62,365 nucleotides of DNA from Gammaproteobacteria bacterium (lineage in GTDB: Bacteria > Pseudomonadota > Gammaproteobacteria > Arenicellales > Poriferihabitantaceae), in NCBI GenBank assembly GCA_030590945.1, contig JAUVBY010000003.1, positions 1-62,365 of the forward strand, given 5' to 3'. Position 1 is the stretch's first letter; each line of letters begins with the position of its first letter. The translations under genes and the position numbers were made by a program. The notes beneath the pieces were generated by a model that did no database searches, was not told where the DNA came from, and saw only the letters and a program-made list of their open reading frames with translations. Positions 56,379-62,365 of this stretch are shown piece after piece.

Positions 56379-57890
56379 ATGTCCAATAAAGAAGTAATTA
56401 AACATTATATCAACGGTGCGTATGTTGAAGGTACCAGCGGTCGGTTTGGTGATATTTATGATCCGGCAAAAGGCGTTGTTCAGCGGCAGGTTGCGCTTGC
56501 TTCCAAAAAGGAGGTCGAGGGCGCCATCGCCTCTGCACACGAAGCCTTCCCGGCCTGGGCTGCTACGCCTCCGGGGCGCCGCGCCCAGGTTATGTTTCGT
56601 TTTCGTGAACTGATTCGCGAACATATGCAGGAACTGGCTGTGCTGCTATCGGCAGAACACGGCAAAACGATAGAAGATGCCACCGGTTCCGTGACGCGCG
56701 GCCTGGAAGTCGTCGAATTTGCATGCGGCATTTCACAGCTACTGAAGGGCGAATACAGTGCAAATGTCGCTGGTGGGGTAGATTCCTGGAATATGCGCCA
56801 GCCACTTGGTGTGTGCGCGGGTATTACACCCTTTAATTTTCCCGCAATGGTGCCGATGTGGATGTTTCCGGTATCGATTGCCTGCGGTAACACCTTTGTG
56901 CTCAAACCTTCTGAGAAAGATCCTTCCGTCGCCTTGCGTCTCGCCGAGTTGATGACAGAAGCGGGTTTGCCCGATGGCGTACTGAATGTCGTAAACGGCG
57001 ACAAAGAAGCAGTGGATACATTGTTGACGGATGAGCGCGTACAGGGCATCAGCTTTGTCGGATCGACTATGATCGGTGAATATATTTACCAGACGGGTAC
57101 GGCCAGCGGTAAGCGCGTGCAGGCACTGTGTGGCGCGAAAAACCACATGGTGGTGATGCCGGATGCGGATATTGCCCAGGTGGTCGATGCGATTATTGGG
57201 GCTGCGTATGGTTCTGCGGGCGAGCGTTGTATGGCTGTGGCGGTAGTGGTGACGATAGATGATGCCACAGCGGACGCGGTTCTCGAAAAATTACTGCCAC
57301 GCGTCAAAGCCTTAAAAGTGGGTCCTTACACTGATTCAGCCTCTGAAATGGGGCCATTGGTTAGCCCTGAAGCGCAGGCTAAAGTGAAAGGTTATATCGA
57401 TGCGGGTGTCAAAGAAGGCGCTGAGCTGATCTACGATGGTCGTAAAGAAACCGTGGCCGGTCATGAGGGCGGCTGTTTTGTCGGTGCGACGATTTTTGAC
57501 AAAGTGACCAAAGACATGAGCATCTACACCGAGGAGATTTTTGGGCCGGTGCTGAGTATTGTTCGCGCAGAAAGTTACGAAGAAGCCGTCACCTTGATCA
57601 ATGATCATGAGTACGGGAATGGCACAGCCTTGTTTACCCGGGACGGTGATTGTGCGCGTGATTTCACCAACCGTGTGCAGATTGGCATGGTTGGGATAAA
57701 CGTGCCAATACCGGTGCCGATGGCTTTTCATAGTTTTGGTGGCTGGAAGCGATCCCTGTTTGGTGATCATGCGATCCATGGCCCTGAAGGAGTACGATTC
57801 TATACACGTCTGAAAACGGTTACTTCACGTTGGCCATCCGGCATACGCTCTGGTGCGGTGTTTAACTTTAAGGCGGGCGGAGAACACTAG
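56379..57890 (+). CDS. mmsA: CoA-acylating methylmalonate/malonate-semialdehyde dehydrogenase
   Basis: 503 aa. ALDH fold ([10 protein letters not shown], catalytic AGERCMA). MmsA-type N-terminus ([10 protein letters not shown]...) and C-terminus ([15 protein letters not shown]). Confidence 0.92.
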   Translation: MSNKEVIKHYINGAYVEGTSGRFGDIYDPAKGVVQRQVALASKKEVEGAIASAHEAFPAWAATPPGRRAQVMFRFRELIREHMQELAVLLSAEHGKTIEDATGSVTRGLEVVEFACGISQLLKGEYSANVAGGVDSWNMRQPLGVCAGITPFNFPAMVPMWMFPVSIACGNTFVLKPSEKDPSVALRLAELMTEAGLPDGVLNVVNGDKEAVDTLLTDERVQGISFVGSTMIGEYIYQTGTASGKRVQALCGAKNHMVVMPDADIAQVVDAIIGAAYGSAGERCMAVAVVVTIDDATADAVLEKLLPRVKALKVGPYTDSASEMGPLVSPEAQAKVKGYIDAGVKEGAELIYDGRKETVAGHEGGCFVGATIFDKVTKDMSIYTEEIFGPVLSIVRAESYEEAVTLINDHEYGNGTALFTRDGDCARDFTNRVQIGMVGINVPIPVPMAFHSFGGWKRSLFGDHAIHGPEGVRFYTRLKTVTSRWPSGIRSGAVFNFKAGGEH

Positions 57891-57912
57891 CCACCCGTAA
57901 ACTGGTTAATCG

Positions 57913-58920
57913 ATGCAGGGTATAATAGACAAAATTCGCTCTGATGCGGCGGCAAAATGTTGCTCGGTGGTGTTGCCTGAAGCGCAGGATGAACGGATTC
58001 TGCGTGCTGCCATTGAGGCTAAATCCGCGGGCATAGCCAAACCGGTATTGCTCGGATCTCCGGATGAAATTCTATCCGCTGCAGACGCTTTTGGTCTTGA
58101 TTTGCAGGGTATCGATCTGGCTGATAGCCGTATTCTGGCTCAGTCTGCAGACCTTCAAGACTACCTGCAGTCGCGTAAGCGTTATGCGGATTTAAGCGGA
58201 GCAGAACGGGCCTTAGCACTGCAAAACCCTTTAACCCTGGCGTGTTGTATGCTTGCTACCGGTGGGGTTGACGCCTGCGTGGCGGGCGCGCTTTATACCA
58301 CCACGCAAGTCATACAAAACGGGCTTCGTATTGTCGGCACGAGCATCGATAGCCCCTTGCTTTCAAGCTTCTTCCTGATGGTGTTTGATCATCCCCCGGC
58401 GAATGGCCTTGAGTACGCCCTGTTTGCGGACTGCGCAATTAACGTGAACCCGGATGCTGATCAATTGGCGCAAATTGCGAATTCTACCTCCCATAGCGCG
58501 CGGAACCTGTTTGGGCTTGATCCAAAGCTTGCGCTGTTGTCTTTCTCGACAGCGGGGAGCGCCGAGCACCCCGATGTGGACAAGGTGCAACGCGCAACGC
58601 GCCTTGTTCGAGAGACACACCCGCAACTCAAGTTGATTGGCGAAGTGCAATTTGATGCCGCTTTTTCGTCAACAGTCCGCGATTTAAAAATGCCCGGGGC
58701 AGAATTTTCGGGCCCGGCTAATGTGTATGTATTCCCCGACCTGGATGCCGGAAACATCTCCGCTAAAGTGGCAGAACGTATAGGGGGAGCCATGCCGGTG
58801 GGTCCTGTACTGCAGGGTTTGAGCAAACCGTTGAACGACCTGTCGCGTGGGGCGGATATCGAATCGATTATTAATACCATCGCGATGACTTGTTTGCAGG
58901 CTGAAAAAGCCTGCGTTTAG
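57913..58920 (+). CDS. pta: phosphate acetyltransferase (PTA_PTB domain only)
   Basis: 335 aa. Typical C-terminal region (VYVFPDLDAGNISAKVAERIGGAMPVGPVLQGLSKPLNDLSRGA). Confidence 0.85.
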   Translation: MQGIIDKIRSDAAAKCCSVVLPEAQDERILRAAIEAKSAGIAKPVLLGSPDEILSAADAFGLDLQGIDLADSRILAQSADLQDYLQSRKRYADLSGAERALALQNPLTLACCMLATGGVDACVAGALYTTTQVIQNGLRIVGTSIDSPLLSSFFLMVFDHPPANGLEYALFADCAINVNPDADQLAQIANSTSHSARNLFGLDPKLALLSFSTAGSAEHPDVDKVQRATRLVRETHPQLKLIGEVQFDAAFSSTVRDLKMPGAEFSGPANVYVFPDLDAGNISAKVAERIGGAMPVGPVLQGLSKPLNDLSRGADIESIINTIAMTCLQAEKACV

Positions 58921-58995
58921 AGGTATCGATCAGATTAATGTGGCAGAGACAGCTTTGTTACGAAACCAAAGATCGATTATTGACTTTGTAAATTC

Positions 58996-61020
58996 TTAGG
59001 ATTGTGTGCGCCAAGCTCTAGAGCGCTTCAAAATCGACCGGGAGGCAACAGCGTGGAGCGTACGTGCAGCAACATTGGCATAGAAAATCATCATGCCCAT
59101 CGCTGAGGCTGAAGCAATATCCCCGGCGTCATCCATATTTAATACTGCAATTGAAGCCAATTCTGTGTCGGTTGAGTAGATGAAGACCACAGCAGAAACA
59201 GTTGTCATCGCATTAACAAATAAATAAATAGACAAATTAAGAATTTCAGGCATACAGACGGGTATCGTTACTCGTCCTAATAATTTTGTAAAGGGCCTTT
59301 TCAGAGAGGAACAAACGCTCTCATATTCGTTATCCATTTGTTTTAATGCGGTTACTGCTGTTAAATGTGTTACCGTATAAAAATGTGTTACCGTTGAAAT
59401 AACCAAAATGATCATGGTGCCGTAGATAAAATTCAGCGGATTGTCCGGATGGTTGAAGAAGAAAATATAAGATAAGCCCAACACCATTCCCGGGATGGCC
59501 ATAGGCAACATCGCCAGCATTTGGAACAACGCCCTCCCTTTGGTAAAGTTTTTGGTTTTTTCAACCATATAGGCGCCGAGAAATATAACGACCGTACCAA
59601 TCACAGCCGTTAAGATGGCAAGCTCAATAGAATTAATAAATGAGCCCCATCCACCGCCATCAGTTTTAGAAAAGTCATAATTGGCAAGTGTAAAGCTAAG
59701 ATTGTAAGGCCAGTAGGTCACTAGTGCTGCAAATTGACAAACAGCCAAAATACTGACAATAAAAAAAGCCACAAAACTGCTATAAGCCAACCACGCAGCA
59801 TCCGCCACTTTGCTGGGTTTGGGTTCAAATACCACCGAGCGTGCAGACAAGCCCGCAACGTGTGTCTTTTGCACATAGCGATCAATCATAAACGCAAGGA
59901 TCGCCGGTAACAATAACACCACAGAAACTACCGCGCCCATCTGGAAGTTTTGTTGGCCAATCACTTGTTTGTAGATATCAACTGCTAGCACATTAAAGTT
60001 GCCACCAATAACTTTGGGCAGGCCAAAGTCTGTAATGACGAGATTAAACACCACAATACAGGCAGATATTATTCCGTACTTTGCCCCCGGTATGGTTACT
60101 GTCCAGAATTTACGCCACTTACTTGCCCGAAGGGAATCAGCTGCTTCATACAGGCGCGCATCAGAGATGGACAATGCTGCGCTAATAATAATCATGGCGT
60201 GTGGAAAAGTAAAAAACACCGAGCCCATGACAATACCAATAGGACCATAGATAGACTCTCCCATCAGCAAGTCCTTTAAAAATCCCTGGTTACCAAAGAT
60301 GTAAACCAATGCAATGCCCGGTAATAAGGAGGGCACCAAAATAGGCAACATGGCAACCAGTTTGAAAAAACCTTTAAACTTCATACAGCTTCGTTTAAGT
60401 GCGTAAGCAAACCAAAATGCCAGTGATACGGTAATGACCATTGAGATAATAGCAATGGTCAGGGAATTGTATATTGAGTTTGACAGGGCGGGGGTTGAGA
60501 AAAACTTGGTAAAGTTGCCAAACCCTCGTTCTTGCACGGGGCGAATTAAAATTCGACGAAAAGAGTTGCTATCAACCTCAACGGATACTTTGCCTTTGTT
60601 ACGATCAGAGCCGTATAGAAACGTCGTATCATCAGTCAAGCCTTGTAGCCGGTATTTAATCGGGCTTTTAAAGCTGTAATCTGGAAAAAAATCAAGCAAA
60701 CTAAGGCGGCCGTCGCTCTTGGTTTTAAGATCGTCGATGGTTTTAATCGCTAATTGCTTATTGAGTTCTTGCAAATTAATCGGCTCTTCGACGAAGTCAC
60801 CACTTTCGTTACTTACCTGGATGCTGAATTGGCTCAGGTCGTAATAAAAAGTGTCAAATGCCTTTGAAAAGACGGTATATAGTGGAAAGGCTAATGTAAT
60901 AAGTAGATACAAGCCAATAACAGCAATAAAAAATCGCTGAATTGCGCCGTCTCTGCCAATCTTCTCTTTGATTGCCGGCTTGGAGATAGCCTGTTCATAG
61001 CTTGAAATTAATTGGCTCAT
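58996..61020 (-). CDS. ABC transporter fused double permease (FbpB / putative 2-aminoethylphosphonate PhnU2-like architecture)
   Basis: 674 aa. Two MetI-type transmembrane halves in one polypeptide. N-terminal TM followed by a ~130-aa hydrophilic loop (residues ~55-185). Confidence 0.85.
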   Translation of the reverse strand: MSQLISSYEQAISKPAIKEKIGRDGAIQRFFIAVIGLYLLITLAFPLYTVFSKAFDTFYYDLSQFSIQVSNESGDFVEEPINLQELNKQLAIKTIDDLKTKSDGRLSLLDFFPDYSFKSPIKYRLQGLTDDTTFLYGSDRNKGKVSVEVDSNSFRRILIRPVQERGFGNFTKFFSTPALSNSIYNSLTIAIISMVITVSLAFWFAYALKRSCMKFKGFFKLVAMLPILVPSLLPGIALVYIFGNQGFLKDLLMGESIYGPIGIVMGSVFFTFPHAMIIISAALSISDARLYEAADSLRASKWRKFWTVTIPGAKYGIISACIVVFNLVITDFGLPKVIGGNFNVLAVDIYKQVIGQQNFQMGAVVSVVLLLPAILAFMIDRYVQKTHVAGLSARSVVFEPKPSKVADAAWLAYSSFVAFFIVSILAVCQFAALVTYWPYNLSFTLANYDFSKTDGGGWGSFINSIELAILTAVIGTVVIFLGAYMVEKTKNFTKGRALFQMLAMLPMAIPGMVLGLSYIFFFNHPDNPLNFIYGTMIILVISTVTHFYTVTHLTAVTALKQMDNEYESVCSSLKRPFTKLLGRVTIPVCMPEILNLSIYLFVNAMTTVSAVVFIYSTDTELASIAVLNMDDAGDIASASAMGMMIFYANVAARTLHAVASRSILKRSRAWRTQS

Positions 61021-61031
61021 GATTTCTACCT

Positions 61032-62105
61032 TTATGCTGCTGAGAATACTTGTAAGCGATTCTTTGGTAATTCAATCCGTAAATTACCTCCAGCTACAAT
61101 ATGACATCGTCTCACTGCATTAATTGAAAAATCAGCCGTTAGTTCATTACCATCTACTCCACTATCAATCGCTAAAGAGCAGCGCCAGTATGAACCTAAA
61201 AACTCCATTTCTTTAACTTTAACGACTAAACTCTGCTCAATGGTCGTGTCTTTTTCAACTACAAAAATATCTTCTGGCCGTATTGTTGCAATCACATCAC
61301 TACCAGCTTTAACCTCATGCTCAATACAATCAAACGCCTGGCCAAATAATTGTACTGTGCCATCATCATTCATTTTTGAGGTTATCTGATTCATTTCACC
61401 AATAAAATCAGCGACGAAAAGAGACACGGGCTTGTTGTATACCTCAGTTGGGGTGCCTACTTGCTCAATTACGCCCTGATTCATGACCACAATACGGTCT
61501 GCCAGGGAAAGCGCCTCCTCTTGATCGTGAGTCACCATTATGGTGGTTACGCCTAGTTTGCGCTGTAATTTCTTCATTTCGTGGCGCAGGAATACGCGCA
61601 CTTTCGCATCCAGTGCTGATAATGGCTCGTCTAATAACAACAATCCAGGCGAGGATGCAATAGCGCGAGCCAAAGCAATGCGTTGCTGTTGACCGCCGGA
61701 TAGTTGTGCGGGGTATTTGCTAATTTGTTCTGGTAATCCTACCAAATCTAATAATTCGGCAACACGTTCTTTTATAGTGTTTTTATCGACACCTTGATTT
61801 TCCAGGCCAAAAGAAATGTTCTCACCAATTGTTAAGTTAGGGAATAAGGCGTATGACTGAAAAACAATGCCGAAATCTCGTTCAGCCGGCGGTAAATTAG
61901 AGATATCTTTGCCAGCCTGGGATACGGAGCCTCTGGTTTGAATGTCCAGGCCAGCAATGGCTCGTAAAAGCGTGGTTTTGCCACAGCCGGAAGGGCCCAG
62001 GAAGCATACGAACTCGCCTTCTTTTACGTCAAGGCTTATCTCGCGAAGGGCAACAAAATTGCCAAACAGTTTCCACAGGTCTTTAATTTTCAAGAAATCA
62101 TTCAT
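61032..62105 (-). CDS. ABC transporter ATP-binding protein (FbpC/PotA-like)
   Basis: 357 aa. GPSGCGKTT, LSGGQQQRIALARAI, LLLDEPLSALD, C-terminal TOBE-like domain. Confidence 0.92.
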   Translation of the reverse strand: MNDFLKIKDLWKLFGNFVALREISLDVKEGEFVCFLGPSGCGKTTLLRAIAGLDIQTRGSVSQAGKDISNLPPAERDFGIVFQSYALFPNLTIGENISFGLENQGVDKNTIKERVAELLDLVGLPEQISKYPAQLSGGQQQRIALARAIASSPGLLLLDEPLSALDAKVRVFLRHEMKKLQRKLGVTTIMVTHDQEEALSLADRIVVMNQGVIEQVGTPTEVYNKPVSLFVADFIGEMNQITSKMNDDGTVQLFGQAFDCIEHEVKAGSDVIATIRPEDIFVVEKDTTIEQSLVVKVKEMEFLGSYWRCSLAIDSGVDGNELTADFSINAVRRCHIVAGGNLRIELPKNRLQVFSAA

Positions 62106-62184
62106 GGTGTTATCCAGTATCTAATTTTGTAAAATGTTTCACTGCTGCCAGGAAGATCAAATCAACGTTAACTGCACCTAAAAC

Positions 62185-62289
62185 ACTACTGTCCGGTTAA
62201 AGCGTCATTCCCGCGAAGGCGGGAATCCATAAGCCTGTTTCTGACGGTATTATGGATCCCCGCATACGCGAGGATGACGATAAAACGGG
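62185..62289 (+). repeat. 105-bp nested-palindrome (MITE/REP-like) element, copy B
   Basis: 104/105 identical to the reverse complement of 29871-29975. The single difference is A versus T at element position 16. Confidence 0.9.
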
Positions 62290-62365
62290 ATATAGTGTGA
62301 TACAACATCTCACTTCACCGCAGGCCGCGGAAAAGTGGTGCGACGCAAGCCGTGAGCAGGGAAAA

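Noticed and set aside
56480-57779. Minus-strand ORFs of 135-189 aa opposite mmsA, and similar antisense ORFs opposite pqiB (38404-38982) and proS (19090-19882)
   Set aside because: They are fully contained in strongly supported genes on the other strand and have biased S/R/A-rich composition typical of antisense frames.
29976-62184. Classical genomic island, prophage or transposon interpretation of the 32-kb repeat-bracketed segment
   Set aside because: I found no integrase, transposase, tRNA attachment site, phage structural gene or direct-repeat att sites. The bracketing elements are inverted and only 105 bp. I therefore describe it as a repeat-flanked variable region, not a mobile element.
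62297-62365. Possible start of panC on the plus strand (GTG 62297; MIQHLTSPQAAEKWCDASREQGK...). If real, it would imply that a ~62-kb inversion separated panB (321-1157, minus strand) from panC
   Set aside because: Only 23 codons are visible and the resemblance to PanC N-termini is weak. No matching repeat copy exists at the expected left junction (279-320). This is too little evidence to call a feature or an inversion.

Overview
The window reads as a chromosomal segment of a gammaproteobacterium. I recognised no rRNA, tRNA, CRISPR array, integrase or transposase. Roughly 1-29.7 kb is conserved housekeeping sequence: panB, an SPFH/NfeD pair, lepA-lepB-DUF4845-rnc-era-recO, cytochrome b561/yceI, an aminotransferase, murI, proS, a DUF255 thioredoxin-like protein, tatABC, hisE, hisI-hisF-hisA-hisH-hisB, a DMT transporter and sixA. 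Two insertions interrupt it. One is a ccdA-ccdB toxin-antitoxin pair chained onto panB. The other is a 2062-codon secreted subtilase carrying NIDO-like, nine tandem 111-aa and thrombospondin-type-3 modules. Roughly 29.9-62.3 kb is bracketed by two inverted copies (104/105 identical) of a 105-bp nested-palindrome element and holds accessory modules. These are (i) an AI-2E transporter, NodT-type outer-membrane factor, HlyD adaptor, DUF2955/FUSC-like protein and a minimal K+ channel. (ii) A split pqiA, pqiB, pqiC and a predicted outer-membrane barrel. (iii) A DUF5329-like protein, a lipoprotein EEP phosphoesterase and a non-RD Hanks kinase. (iv) A MocR regulator with an omega-aminotransferase, and further right a PotFGHI-type ABC importer, a MetE-like zinc methyltransferase, mmsA and pta. 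Together these look like a beta-alanine or omega-amino-compound catabolic island, and a shared 13-mer lies in two of its intergenic regions. (v) A CHASE2 class III nucleotidyl cyclase with two secreted partners, inserted in the middle of that island. (vi) An ABC importer with a fused double permease and no binding-protein gene in cis. All family assignments come from motif recognition by eye. None has been checked against HMM or BLAST searches.
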